Shown: positions 25,834 to 39,661 of the stretch, piece after piece
How the letters are laid out: the number at the start of each line of letters is the position of its first letter
Numbering within the stretch: the stretch's first letter is position 1
From: Octopus sinensis
Lineage: Eukaryota
Direction: 5' to 3'
NCBI RefSeq assembly: GCF_006345805.1
Contig: NC_043013.1
Span: 49,910,001 to 49,974,000 of the forward strand
Length of the DNA: 64,000 nucleotides
The notes under the pieces: model-generated
Databases searched by the model: none
The model's input: the letters and a program-made list of their open reading frames with translations, nothing else
Told to the model about the DNA's origin: nothing
Made by a program: the position numbers and the translations under genes

Positions 25834-26089
25834 TAGTTGGTTGAAACAGACAGGTGAGTCATTTTGCCCCTAAAAACACATGCTCATTCTATTTCACTGC
25901 TTTATTACTAGTCGACTTATTACTTGACCAATTAAGTAATTGATTACTTTATTTGATCACTCAATCAGTTTGTGAAAGTAATTCTGTCGCTATTCACAAC
26001 TTCATTAATCAAAGTGGCCCTTGATGCTGCTCCTAGGTCGTGATCTGTCCAACATAGATATATTAAGACTTGTTATTGTATTTATACTT

Positions 26090-26305
26090 AAGGTGGCAAG
26101 CTGATAGAATTGTTAGCACAGTGGATAAAATGCTCAGCAGCATTTCTCCATCTTTAGGTTCTGAGTTCAAATTCCGACAAGGTTGACTTTGCCTTTCATC
26201 TTTCAGGGTCAGTAAAATAAGTACCAGTTGAGTACTGGGATCAATGTAATTTGACTAGCCTCCTACCCCTAAAATTCAGACCTTGTACCCATACAAGGAA
26301 AGGTT
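26090..26305 (+). mobile_element. SINE family A, old copy
   Basis: AAGGTGGCAAGCTG...GAGTTCAAATTCC...GTACCAGTTGAGTACTGGG. Confidence 0.75.
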
Positions 26306-27471
26306 ATTGTATTTATACTTATTGCTATCTGTTTACCTGTATGTATTTCATTTGAGTTCAGTATCTTTGGTCAGTGTGTGCATATGCATATATATGTGTG
26401 TGTATGTATAGTATACTGTTCCATGAAGGTAAGATCAACAAAAGAAAGTGCTCCACCTTGTGAGAGATAAATATTGTTTGATAAACAATATATATTTTTA
26501 TGAGCTGCCAATAGTTTCATGCAATGAAAACGAATCAGCATTTTAAAACACGTTTGATACCTTCAGGCATATGAACATAAAGCACAAGACATCATCATCA
26601 TCATTATCACTTAACATCTGTTTTCTATGCTGGACATGGTTTGGACAGTTTGACATGGAGCTGTCCAGAATTGTTTTCATCACATGAAACTATTTAATAG
26701 CTCATAAAAATATATACTGTATTTATTAAACAATATATATATGTGTGTATGTGCTGACACATGAATCTGCCTCTCACTTATACCTATGTCTTAGATATGT
26801 AGGCATGTTACAATCCTTTAGTCAAGTATCTTCCTTTTAGTCTTTTCTCTCAAGGGATTAATAAATCCATCACACTTGTACTTATTATCACACACATAAG
26901 CACATCCACTCATTTATGTATGTGTGTGTGTATACATAGACCTATATATAAACCTGTACATTCACTCGAATATATGTGTGCACACACAAATCCCCATACA
27001 GCCACATCTATGCACATCCTTACCTATATGTCCAACTATACACCCTTTCTCACGTGTATACACATGCATGTATCTGATATTTTTATAATTTATTTGTAGC
27101 TACTCAGCTGAACCGTTGAAATAATGGCATTATTATAATTATTAGTACTATTATTACCATTATTATTGTTATTGAGTGATAGAGCAATGCATGCCATCAA
27201 AGTGACACTGGAGTACAAACATATGAAGCCCAATATACCCCTCATGACTACTCATCTAATAAGGGTTTACTAAGCACATGCATCACAACAATATGTGTGC
27301 AACATGGTGATATCAAGATAAATAGCACATAGCCTTGCAGGTGGGACCCAGTTAGAATTTTCTTTGGGTTGAGTAACTGATCCTGCTCAAAAGGTCCCTG
27401 AATAAAGGTTATTTAAAGATGATGAACAAAACACCCACCCATGTTTCTGGAGATAAATTATTAAAACCCAT

Positions 27472-27703
27472 AGGGCGGTGAGCTGGCAGAAACGTTAGCG
27501 TGCCGGGCGAAATGCTTCGCGGTATTTCGTCTGTCGTTACGTTCTGAGTTCAAATTCCGCCGAGGTCGACTTTGCTTTTCATCCTTTCGTGGTCGATAAA
27601 TAAAGTACCAGTTTCGCACTGGGGTCGATATAATCGACTTAATCCGTTTGTCTGTCCTTGTTTGTCCCTTCTATGTTTAGCCCCTTGTGGGTAGTAAAGA
27701 AAT
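27472..27703 (+). mobile_element. SINE family A
   Basis: Full copy, B-box GAGTTCAAATTCC, TATTAAAACCC flanking duplication; old fragments follow at 27900-28415. Confidence 0.9.
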
Positions 27704-28455
27704 ATATTAAAACCCCAAGAAATTCCTCTTAACACATGGCTATGGTGCTCCATTACTACCTTGGCTTATGCCACTAAGGGACATGCTCAATTGGTTAAGG
27801 CCAAGCAAATCTGTGGTATTGAGCAGAATATTTGTTGTAGCCCATCTTTTATACCAAGACAAAACAATGTACATGATAACACTTCCAATCAGTTAAAATC
27901 AGATACCAGTTGAGTACTGGGGTTGATGTTATCGACTAGCCTGTCTCCTAAAATTTCAGGCCTTGTGCCTATAATAGAATGGATCGTTATTACTATTATT
28001 AAAGTGGTGAGCTGGCAGAATCATATTGCACCAGAAAAAAAATTATTCATAGCATTTCTTCTGATTTGGTTTTGAGTTCAAATCCCACTGGTGTTGACTT
28101 TGTCTTTCATCCTTTTGTGAGTGATAATCGACTTATCCCCATCTCCCAAAATTGCTGGCCTTGTGCCAAAATTTTAAACCAGTATTAAGGCGATGAGTTA
28201 GCATGTCGGGCAAAAGGCTTAATAGCAGTTCATCCATCGTTATATACTGAATCATTAGTTTGGCAGACAGAAATGTTTAGCAGCATTTCTCCCAGCTTTA
28301 TGTTCTGACTTCAGATTCTGTTAAGATTGACTTTGCTTTTCATCCATTTCAACACTGGGGGGGGGGATGTAATTAACTATCTCCCTCCCACCAAATTTCA
28401 GGCCTAAGGATTATTATAAAAAGCAGTGTTAGTCAAAGTAATAGCTATAGAGATA

Positions 28456-28843
28456 TCTTTATATATAAAAGTAAGGTTGTGTGCTGTCTGTCTCCTACGA
28501 TTTAGATTCCTAACTACTCCCACATTTTGCGGTGCAGTTTAACCAAAACCGGGTATCTTATAGTCGTGATTCATATCGAGTCCTTCTGCATATTAGCGCG
28601 CATCTACGATGAGTCTACGATTTTAAAAAAATTTACCACCATTTTTTCCCATTTTTAATGCATTTTTTTGCTATTATATAAGGGAAGTAACTCTCTAAAA
28701 ATGTATTATTAAATCTCAGAACATAAAAAGCTACAGTAACACCCCGCTTTGTGGTTAGCCATATTGAGATGGATATTATACTTTACATCTCTTATATAGT
28801 TATTTCCCTTACAAACCCGAGCAACGCCGGGCGATACTGCTAG
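28456..28843 (+). mobile_element. Non-autonomous Helitron
   Basis: A|TC...CCCGAGCAACGCCGGG...CTAG|T. Confidence 0.88.
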
Positions 28844-29584
28844 TTAGCAATAATAATAGAAATAATAATGGTAATGTTAGTGCTAATCCTAATATTTTTT
28901 GTTTACAGAGGTATTTGAAATAATTTTCTCAAGATTTGATACCCTTTTGATGTTATTGTTAGAAAAGCACCTACTGTTATAATTAATATTTTTACGCTGT
29001 ATCAGTTTTATCATTATGATTATTGGGGTACATGTGTTAAAAATCTGTTTAGTGGTTAAGATGTTTTTACACACTTAACCTTCTACCATTCAGATTACTT
29101 TGTCAAATGTAATGCTTATTTATTCACCTTGTTTTGAATTAATCATGCATTGTCTTGTAGCTTTGAGATTTCAGTGATGTGATTGTTTATTTTTAGAATG
29201 ACATTGTACGGTGAATGTGAAAGACTGGATTTAGTCCAGCCTTTCACAGGTAGACTATTTGAGGCCAGATATAGCCAGTTTAAATGCTAAAGGATTAAGG
29301 ATATATTCAGTTTCTTTTTCAGCGAAACCAGCTTTAGCTAAGACTACATGATAATAATCAGCACTTTCTAGGAAAATTCCTTATCAGCCAAAAGTTTAGA
29401 GATTCACCTTTCACAATAAATTTTGTGACGGCATATGAATGATAAGAATTATGATTGATACGTTGTAGATAATCATTTGATCTATGAGTTTGCTGTTAAG
29501 ATTTAGTGATACATCTAGGAAATTTGCTGTATTGTGATTGGTACTTGCTGTAATAAAATGTCCTAAATTTTTAATGAATTATAT

Positions 29585-29985
29585 AGGCGCAGGAGTGGCT
29601 GTGTGGTAAGTAGCTTGCTAACCAACCACATGGTTCCGGGTTCAGTCCCACTGCGTGGCATCTTGGGCAAGTGTCTTCTTCTATAGCCCTGGGCCGACCA
29701 ATGCCTTGTGAGTGGATTTGGTAGACGGAAACTGAAAGAAGCCTGTTGTATATATGTATATATATATAAGTGTGTGTGTATATGTTTGTGTGTCTGTGTT
29801 TGTCTCCCTAGCATTGCTTGACAACCGATGCTGGTGTGTTTACGTCCCCGTCACTTAGCAGTTTGGCAAAAAGAGACCGATAGAATAAGTACTGGGCTTA
29901 CAAAGAATAAGTCCCGGGGTCGATTTGCTCGACTAAAGGCGGTGCTCCAGTATGGCCGCAGTCAAATGACTGAAAGGAGTAAAAG
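29585..29985 (+). mobile_element. SINE family B
   Basis: Full copy. Confidence 0.9.
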
Positions 29986-30101
29986 CGTATATAATTTTCT
30001 TTTCATATCTTTCAACATTACATCATTATAGAAAGAGAACAGAGCATTGTTCAAGTATAAACTGCCTACTATAAAAGGAAAATAATTTTATATTGTGTCA
30101 A

Positions 30102-30311
30102 CCCTTTCATTACTGTATTTATTTTGAGATGCTCTGTGTTTCTTACAATTACTTTAAATGTAACAAAGAATTTAGTAAAATAATTTAGTTATAATTAAGC
30201 TGATGTTAGGAACATAAATTGCGACCAAGGTTTGGTGGAAGATTTTAATTCAAAACTTATGAAAACAAGACATTAGTACTCAGAGCCAGAGCCGGGCTGG
30301 TAATGAAAGGG
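30102..30311. mobile_element. piggyBac-type MITE
   Basis: TCAA|CCCTTTC...GAAAGGG|TTAA; reverse copy of 5747. Confidence 0.82.
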
Positions 30312-30633
30312 TTAAATGTATACCAATGAGATTAGTAACTTCCACAGAGTATAACCATCCCATGGTTATATCAAAATTATTACATTTATTGTTGCATATC
30401 CATAATTTATTATAATACTGAATTGTTCTTCTAGCAGTTAGGATAATATCAACTTCATTTCTACATTAATTTTTAATTTTTACTGCAAAAATTAAAGCTT
30501 TGTTAAAAAGAAAAGGATTAATTAAATAATAGTGGTTACATATATCTATTTGTAAAAATTTAGTGTTTCTTACCTATTTTAGTAAATCAATCTATTACGT
30601 CAGAAGAATCTGACCATTAAGTTTTATTTTAGA

Positions 30634-31055
30634 CTAGCAGCATAGCCCGGGTATGTAAGAGCCCCTAGTAGGTAACGACTAATCCCAATCTAGTCCTTTC
30701 CCTCTAGGGAACGAAGGCGCATGTGTAGGTTGCAATGTCTTCTCTTCACTCAAATACTTCTGTGTATACGATGTTCCTAGCTGTCGCTTTGGGCGATAAA
30801 AAGGTCGAGTTGTGTCCCCTAGACAGAAAATGTGTTGCATATAAAAAGCTTAGATTCTCGACCCCATGTCGAATTTATCGATTTTTTTCAGAACTGGGGG
30901 AACTTTTCAAAATTTTCGCTGCGTTAGTTTTGAATTATGACATTGGGCTATGTGTGTGTCAAGTTTCATCAGAATCGGTTGAAAGCCGTGGTCAGGGTGA
31001 GGGTACAACCTGACAGACACACAGACAGACAAACTGCCGTTTATATAGAGAGAGA
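30634..31055 (-). mobile_element. Non-autonomous Helitron, second family
   Basis: A|TC start, CTAG|T end on minus strand, (CTGT)n near 5' end. Confidence 0.7.
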
Positions 31056-31399
31056 TTTTAGCATTGGTATAATTTTATTTAAAACACTCTTGCTCAAATT
31101 TGATAGGAAAATAAACCTAACAGTAGGTTTATTGTTGAATTTAGGCTTGTCATTTGTCAGAATTGTACAAGCTACCTAAAGTACATATCAATCAATTCTA
31201 TTTGCAAGCTAAAGATTTTTAAGAATGTTATGTCTTGTAGAGTTAACGTTGTTTAGAGTAGATATTGATGTATGCTTGTAGTGGCTGTACAAGTCATTTC
31301 GAATTAACCTATTATAATCTAATGTAATAATACTGTATAAATTTCTGGTCTTATCCAAGCGAACTAAGATTCCAGGTGCTTGTTTGAGTTGTTTAACTA

Positions 31400-31675
31400 G
31401 GTGTATGTGTGTGATTTATATTAACATATGTATATGAATATGTATATATGTATGTGTATGTATGTACATATATATAAATGTATGTGTGTATGTATAATAT
31501 GTGTGTGTACATTTATATATATAAATTTATGTATATATGTGTGTGCATATATCTATCTATGTGTGTGTGTATATATATATATATGTGTGTGTGTATATAT
31601 ATATCTATGTGTGTGTATGTGTATATATATATATATATCTGTGTGTGTGTGTATATATATATATATACATACATG

Positions 31676-31714
<39 letters not shown>

Positions 31715-31722
31715 GACATACA

Positions 31723-31772
<50 letters not shown>

Positions 31773-31856
31773 CATGTATGTATATATATATATATATATA
31801 TATTGACATACATGATATATATATATATGTGTGTGTATATATATATATGTATGTAT

Positions 31857-31900
<44 letters not shown>
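31400..31900. repeat. (TA)n/(TG)n microsatellite
   Basis: Direct inspection. Confidence 0.95.
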
Positions 31901-32359
31901 TGTGTGTACGACTACTACTGTATGAGTTAGAACTCTGCATAGAGTATAATTATTCAGTTAGCTTCCGGCAGTGGGATTACTCTATACCACTGCACTTAAC
32001 AGAGTTACAAGTTATGATATGCAGAGCTTATATAGAGAAAAGTTAAGATAAACACGAGTATAAATTATTTGTTCCTGTGTCCAGTTCATTGTTGCATTTA
32101 TTGGGGACCCTGCTTTCTGTGGATGAAATGCATTTGGACACCTAACTGCAATGGATCATCAGGAGAACAATTTATTCCATTCTGTTACAGAGTTTAATGA
32201 TTAATAAAGTGTTCATCTGATGACCCTTTTGCAATTAGGCACCCAAATGCAGTTGGAACATCCAATGCTGAGTTCCAATTAACTGAAATCGTGAAACATA
32301 CATAGGAACTAATAATAATAATTTGTCTTTATCTTAAAATTTCCACTATATATATATAT

Positions 32360-32646
32360 CACGTGATCACGTGACCGACCAGACCATCAGATGTTGTTAC
32401 ACATCGCTGGTCGCAATGCGTTCGCATTGTTTTAGCCTTCGAATGACGCCACCCCGCCACAGAAGAAAGAGTGGGAGAAAGAGTGGGGAAAGAGTACAGC
32501 AGGGATCACCACCCCCTGCTGGAGCCTCGTGGAGCTTTTAGGTGATTTCCCTCAATAAACACACACAACGCCCGATCGGGGAATCGAAACCGCGATCCTG
32601 CGACCGTGAGTCCGCTGCCCTAACCACTAGGCCATTGCGCCTCCAC
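32360..32646 (-). mobile_element. SINE family C variant
   Basis: Reverse complement head GTGGAGGCGCAATGGCCTAGTGG. Confidence 0.85.
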
Positions 32647-32661
32647 ATATATATATATATA

Positions 32662-33045
32662 GTGTGGTAAGTAGCTTGCTTACCAACCACATGGTTCCGG
32701 GTTCAGTCCCACTGCGTGACAACTTGGGCAGGTATCTTCTACTATAGCCTCGGGCCGACCAAAGCCTTGTGAGTGAATTTGGTAGACGGAAACTGAAAGA
32801 AGCTTGTCGTATATATGTATATATGTGTGTTTGTGTGCCTGCTGTGTTTGTCCCCCCAACATCGCTTTGACAACCGATGCTGGTGTGTTTACGTCCCCAT
32901 AACTTAGCGGTTCAGCAAAAGAGACCGATAGAATAAGTACTGGGCTTACAAAGAATAAGTCCTGGTGTCGATTTGTTCGACTAAAGGCGGTGCTCCAGCA
33001 TGGCCGCAATCAAATGACTGAAACAAGTAAAAGAGTAAGAGAGTA
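32662..33045 (+). mobile_element. SINE family B
   Basis: Nearly full copy. Confidence 0.9.
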
Positions 33046-33189
33046 AATTTACATGTATGTGACATGTTTGCTGAAATAAACTAATAAGCAAAAGAGTATA
33101 TATATATATATATGTGTGTGTGTGCGTGTATATAAGTTGCATTGAATTAAATGCAATTCAGGTGTATGCGTTACCAACCGTAAGTCTTG

Positions 33190-33220
<31 letters not shown>

Positions 33221-33635
33221 CCTCCTTCCCTTTCTCTATACATACATACATACATATAGCTCCTCCTGTTGAAACACAATAACTCTATGTACCATAATCT
33301 TCCAAGTGTAAATTGTATTACTTTTGAACTTCTGTCTGAGGAGATGCACATGGTTTGCATTAATATGTTGTAATATTACAAATTCATTTATATTCATATT
33401 AATATTTATAATCATGAAATGTATATTCCATAAGTGTCGAAACAAACGTATCAAAAGAATTAAATGTAATACCATAAATTCCGGTCTTCGACTTAATATA
33501 CCTTTGCATATGTATATGTGTGTGTGTATATGTTTGTGTATGTGTGGTATTCATGTTTAAGTTTATCTCTACAGATTTTGTATAGAGTTCAGAGCCAGCA
33601 CTGAAAGTTCTGATGTTTCATATACAAATGCATCA

Positions 33636-34005
33636 ATCATCATCATCGTTTAACGTCCGCTTTCCATGCTAGCATGGATTGGACGGTTCAACTGGAGTCT
33701 GGGAAGCCAGAAGGCTGCACCAGGCCGGGTCTGATCTGGCAGTGTTTCTATGGCTGGATGCGCTTCCTAACACCAACCACTCTGTGAGTGTAGTGGGTGC
33801 TTTTTACGTGCCACCGGCAAAGGTGCCAGATGAGGCTGACAAACGGCCACGATCAGATGGTGCTTTTTACATGCCGCCGGCACAGAGGCCAGTCAGGGCA
33901 GCGCTGGCAATGGCCACGATCGGATGGTTCTCTTATGTGCCACCGGCACTGGTATCACAGCTACAATTTCCATTGATGTTGATCGATTTTGATTTTGATT
34001 TTGAT
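33636..34005 (-). mobile_element. RTE-LINE 3' end copy
   Basis: (CAT)n tail and family sequence. Confidence 0.85.
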
Positions 34006-34471
34006 AATATTGTTAACATTGATGCATGATTGAAAATAGAGAAAAATAGCTAATGGGTAGATTAGTTGCCTTGTTTACATAAATGTATTCATATACAAAA
34101 TGTCACAACTTTCAGTGCTGGCTCTAAATTCTAGAGAAAATCTGTAGCAATAAACTTAAAATGAGAACATTGCACTGCTAACACAAAAGTAAGGCCCAAT
34201 ATTTACTTGTAAACCTTTAATATACTTGGTAGTATATTATCGTTGCAAAATGAAATACTGTGTTTTTAAATAATTTTACTTCTTTTCTTCTTGTCATATT
34301 TTATCAGTTAGCTTCTCAAAGTATCGTTCTTTAGTGCCTGAAGATATATTTTGCCTGACTAACAATTGTGGATTAGATATTGTAGTTACTATGACTTACC
34401 TTTAAGTTTTTTATTCAACTTGTCATCCCCTGGAATCCATATCTATATATATATATGTACATATATATATA

Positions 34472-34504
<33 letters not shown>

Positions 34505-34507
<3 letters not shown>

Positions 34508-35117
34508 AGTTAGTTAGTTAATTTGGCTCAAAAGCAAATAGCAAGGCCATGTAGGGGGACATGGAGTTAAGTACAGGGTGGTGTTCATGTAAAGAGTTCA
34601 GGCCACTTGAGGTCCAGGGAGGCTTTGAACAAAGCGGTCATCAGCATCTTCACCATCTCGTCTGGCAGCTTGTTCCACGGATCCGCAACCCGGACGGAGA
34701 AAGCTCCTCTCCTTCGATTGAGATGAAATCTTCGCAGGTAGAGCTTTTCAGAATGACCCTGCAGCCGACGCTCTGGAGCAGGAGTGAAGATCAGCTCTTT
34801 CGAGAGGTTACACTTTCCGCTTATGATGTTGTGGGCGAGAATGAGATCACTACGGCGGCGGCGTTTTTCAAGAGAATAAAGGCCGAGCGTCCTCAGCCTT
34901 TCTTCGTAGGACAAATTTTTGAGACCATGAACCATGTGGGTAGCCAGCTTCTGGACTCTTTCGAGATGCTGTATGTCTTTGAGGAGATAAGGAGAAGAGG
35001 CTTGAATCCCATACTCCAATATGGGTCTCACCAGCATGACATAGAGTGGTAGGAATATGGCTACTGTGAGCATTCCGAATGACTGTCGAATCAAGAACAG
35101 AATTCCGCGTGCTTTGT

Positions 35118-35118
<1 letters not shown>
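34505..35118 (-). mobile_element. CR1-clade LINE 3' fragment
   Basis: LYVMLVRPILEYG...LERVQKLAT...FSVRVADPWNKLP; (TAAC)n tail. Confidence 0.85.
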
Positions 35119-35152
<34 letters not shown>

Positions 35153-35299
35153 GTTATGAGAGGTAATGGTGTCGATAAGACTCAAAGGTATCAGGTAATG
35201 CTGAGTAAGTGTTATGGACAGACCATAGATAAGCTCCAGGTTCAGTGATTATGTGAATAAGGAGTCCAACGTAAGTTATTTATCAGCATGTGTATATAT

Positions 35300-35887
35300 T
35301 AAATTTTTTTTTCTAATGAGATAAAAAACCAAGGCTATGAAGAGTTTAGAACATTTATAAATAGGTCTTACAGCTGTTTCGAAGACATTTTTTATATCCC
35401 TTCATTGGAGACGGTGTGAGAAAATGGTTAAGCAATAGTTAATTTAGATAAGATATGAAATAGAGAGTGAAATGGAGGAATGAAAATAGATGTGAGATAT
35501 GCATGGATATTGCATTTGTAGATCCATTATTTAGGCAGAATGGTATACATGTAAGATTCCAATACCTTGTGAGTAAATTCCAATAGTATTTAAAATTGGT
35601 CATTGCAAGTATAGAGTTTGTACACAATGCTATTGAATTAAGGGTTTGCCTGAAGAATGGATCTACAAATGCAATATCCCTGCATATCTCACATCTATTT
35701 TCATTCCTCCATTTCACTCTCTATTTCATATCTTATCTAAATTAACTATTGCTTAACCATTTTCTCACACCTTCTCCAAGGAAGAGATATAAAAAATATC
35801 CTAGAAACAGCTGTAAGACCTATTTATAAATGTTCTAAAATCTTCACAGCCTTGGTTTTTTTTTATCTCATTCTGAAAAAAAAATTT
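35300..35887. repeat. Fold-back with about 240-bp arms
   Basis: 35300-35539 is reverse-complementary to 35645-35887. Confidence 0.92.
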
Positions 35888-36725
35888 TATATATATATAT
35901 ATATATTCTTTTATTATATGTCCCAGCCCAAAGACTGTGGCCATGTTGGGGCATTGCCAGTGTAATCACCTTTTCAATGGCCATTCTTACGTAGTTGACT
36001 TTTAATTAATGAGGGAATTTGATATTGCTGCCCTCATTTGAACTTCTTGCAATGATATTGGTTCATCTGGGATCTTGAACAGCAGAAGGTCAAAGTTTCT
36101 TGGAAACATCTATTGTCACTACATGTAAATCCTTCAGATTTTTTAAAGTAAGATATTAAATGGATGTGGGCCCTTGAAACTCAGGTAACTGCAGTACCTG
36201 GTTCTTCCTCCAGATAGGGTGATTGGGGCCTTTGGCATTTGCTGTGGTGTCCTCTTCAGAGGTTGTTTTAACTCTTGATGCTGCCCACTCTAGTATCTTT
36301 CAGATATATTTCTCTGCATCTCTTTCCCATCTTCACTTCTAGTAGAGTTGTAATTTTTCAGTCTCTCCCAGTAGCTCAACTATTTATTTATTTTATTTAT
36401 TCTATTTAACTAGTTTCAGCTCATGAGCTGTGGCCATGCTGGGGCACCGCCATTTATTAACTATCTCATTGAAACAATATTCTTGGTCTGTCACTATGGG
36501 ACTACTTAGAGTGCAGCTATTAATTTGATGCTGTTGGGTGACCATAGTTGAGGATAGTAGCCCAGACAGCTGAGGACAAATGTCCTCCTTGGCACAAGTA
36601 TAGTTTCCTGGTCCTTTGTTCTGAATGTTCTCACAATTCATCTACTCATTCGCCTGCACATTGCTACCATCTTGGTGATGTGTACAAGAAACAAAGCATT
36701 GTTGTTCATACACTCTGTAGCAGTT

Positions 36726-36897
36726 ACTCTTTTACTTGTTTCAGTCATTTGACTGCGGCCATGCTGGAGCACCGCCTTTAGTCGAACAAATCGACCCGGG
36801 ACTTATTCTTTGTAAGACCAGTAAGTGACGGGGACGTAAACACACCGGCATTGTTTGTCAAGCAATGCTAGGGGGACAAACACAGACACACAAACAT

Positions 36898-36940
<43 letters not shown>

Positions 36941-37128
36941 ATATATATATATATATACATATATATGACAGGCTTCTTTCAGTTTCCGTCTACCAAATCC
37001 ACTCACAAGGCATTGGTCGGCCCGAGGCTATAGCAGAAGACACTTGCCCAAAGTACCACGCAGTGGGACTGAACCCAGAACCATGTGGTTGGTAAGCAAG
37101 CTACTTACCACACAGCCACTCCTGCGCC
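36726..37128 (-). mobile_element. SINE family B
   Basis: Full reverse copy. Confidence 0.9.
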
Positions 37129-37289
37129 TGTTGCAAATTTTCCATATCAGTCACCTCCAATGGGTGGAGTTATTATCTAATCTGTTTACCTAATATCCTG
37201 TGCAAAGCCAATTGATAAGATTGGTTGCAATGGATCTATAATACTGTATACTTTGATTAATATACCCACTCTACTGATAAATATATGAG

Positions 37290-38110
37290 TGCAGTAAATG
37301 TAACAATGCAGAAAGCAAAAAACACTAATACCTTTCAATTCAGAAAGACCCTGATGGAGAATAGCTATCCATACATTTTCACTAAAAGTCAGAACATCAC
37401 CAAAGCACCTAATAAAATCAACACATCTAAGGATAACATGTTTTTTTTTAAACTGCCACATTTTAATGAAAAAATTACTGCTGCGATCCGTGGGGTGTGG
37501 GGATTGGATATACAACTGGCCTACTCCCTAAATGAAACCAACCAAAACAAAACACCATATGTACACTGCCTGGCTACCCAATCAAAAATAAAAATATATA
37601 TGTGGCACGTAAAAAGTATATAAAATCACATGTAGCAAATGCAGTGAATTCTACATTGGAAATACCTATTTCTTTATTACCCACAAGGGGCTAAACACAG
37701 AGGGGACAAACAAGGACAGACATAGGTATTAAGTCGATTACATCGACCCCCAGTGCGTAACTGGTACTTTTATCGACCCCGAAAGGATGAAAAGCAAAGT
37801 CGACCTCGGCGGAATTTAAACTTAGAACGCAGCGGCGGACGAAATACCGCTGAGCATTTCGCCCGGCGTGCTAACGATTCTGCCAGCTCACCGCCTTCCA
37901 CATTGGAAATACCATCAGACAATTATACAGATTAATGAACACCCCCATGATACTACTTCTTCCATAAAAGAACATGTACAGAAATGCCATTCCAAGACAT
38001 CCAGGTTTCCCTCAAAGCTACAGAAAGAAGCATTGAGAACGTAATACAAGAAGCCCTTTTAATTACGAAATACTGATTGTGTATTAATAGCAGATCAGAA
38101 CTGCATGTGG
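37290..38110 (+). mobile_element. Penelope-like element relic, linker and GIY-YIG endonuclease
   Basis: VYKITCSKCSEFYIGNTIRQL...IQEALLI...INSRSEL across a SINE insertion. Confidence 0.75.
37667..37897 (-). mobile_element. SINE family A
   Basis: 14-bp TSD ACATTGGAAATACC at 37653 and 37900. Confidence 0.92.
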
Positions 38111-39019
38111 TTGATTGTTTATTATAGTGGCACATAGCAAATACTATATGACAGAGAAGTCAGCAAATAACAACTTTTCTCCAAAGATTTCCTGAAGAAA
38201 GGGTTCTAACTCAGAAGTACGGACATACTAAGTAAAACTATCGACCAGTTTTATTGTATAACTTGCATTGTTTATGCTTTAAAAAAAAACTATTACCAAA
38301 AACATATATACAATGCTTCATGAAAAGTATATGCATATATATAAACTCATATATAAACTCAGGCACCTATACAATCATATGTGTGTATATATAGAAATAT
38401 ATAAACTCACACACATACACTATCATATGTGTGTATATATATAGAGAAATATATAAACATACAATCATATCATCATCATTTAACGCCCCTGTTCTCTACT
38501 GGCATCGGTTGGATGGTTTCACAGGATCGGAAAGGGGCCAAGGACTGCATTGTACTCCAGTGTTTGCTATGGCATTGTTTCTATGGCCCCTCCTAATTCC
38601 AACCTCCTTACAACATATATACTGTGTGTATTTCCAGTGCCAACAGCATGATCAAGGTCGCGATGCAGCTTGCAAGACGACAAACTTTAAGAGATTAGGA
38701 TTAGCTTATGCTAAGGGATGAAGGATTAAAGCATAAGAGAGAGTGCAGAACAGGTTCTTGTAGTAAAAGCAGCATGGTTACTCATATTTAGTTGGGGAGG
38801 GATAATCAATAGGGTCTGCAAAGAGGTACAGAGTATGGATGTGTCCAGGTGCGATGAGTAGGATTGGTAGGGAGCAGCAAGAGTGTATGGGGAGTAGGAT
38901 ATGTAGCACCAAGTGCCACATATTATACCAGGTTCTAAATAATACCAGTGTAGCAAAACGGCAGTGCCACAGCACTCGGCTGAAACTACAAAAAGGGAAA
39001 CAAAATGTATATATGTGTG

Positions 39020-39070
<51 letters not shown>

Positions 39071-39114
39071 TATATATATGTAAATGTAATATGTGACAAT
39101 TATTTGGTAGCCAT

Positions 39115-39175
39115 GACAAAACTCCGAGTTTCGGATGCCAAGGTGGAAATCCACATTGCCATCTCTTCAGTTATT
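39115..39175 (-). ncRNA. Type I hammerhead ribozyme motif
   Basis: AATAA-CTGAAGA-stem II-GAAA-CTCGGAG-TT-TTGTC. Confidence 0.7.
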
Positions 39176-39427
39176 CGGCCATCGGAAAAAATGCTATGAA
39201 AAATGACCGTTATACAAAGGGAAATTACTATGTTAATGACCGCTATTTAGACAAAAGAGCTATTTGAATGACCGCTAAGTGAGGGGAGGGGGTAAAAAGG
39301 CTCGTATTCACATAAGCGCGCATGTTCATGCCTACATGTGTGCCCGCACACCCACATGCATGCGCCTAAAAGTAGACACTCATCCACCCTCACTTGAAAT
39401 GTACACAACCTTACCCGCACCATTCGC

Positions 39428-39477
<50 letters not shown>

Positions 39478-39661
39478 AAATAAGAAAATGGAGGAATAGA
39501 TTTCTTTCAATCATCAACTTCCAGATAATACCAGTTCATATTATTTATTAACTAATTATTTATATTAAATAGGAACATCCAAATCCAACAGAATAATACA
39601 TAATAAAACAATATACATCAATAAGTAAGATAATACCATAAGGATAATACATATAAAATGG

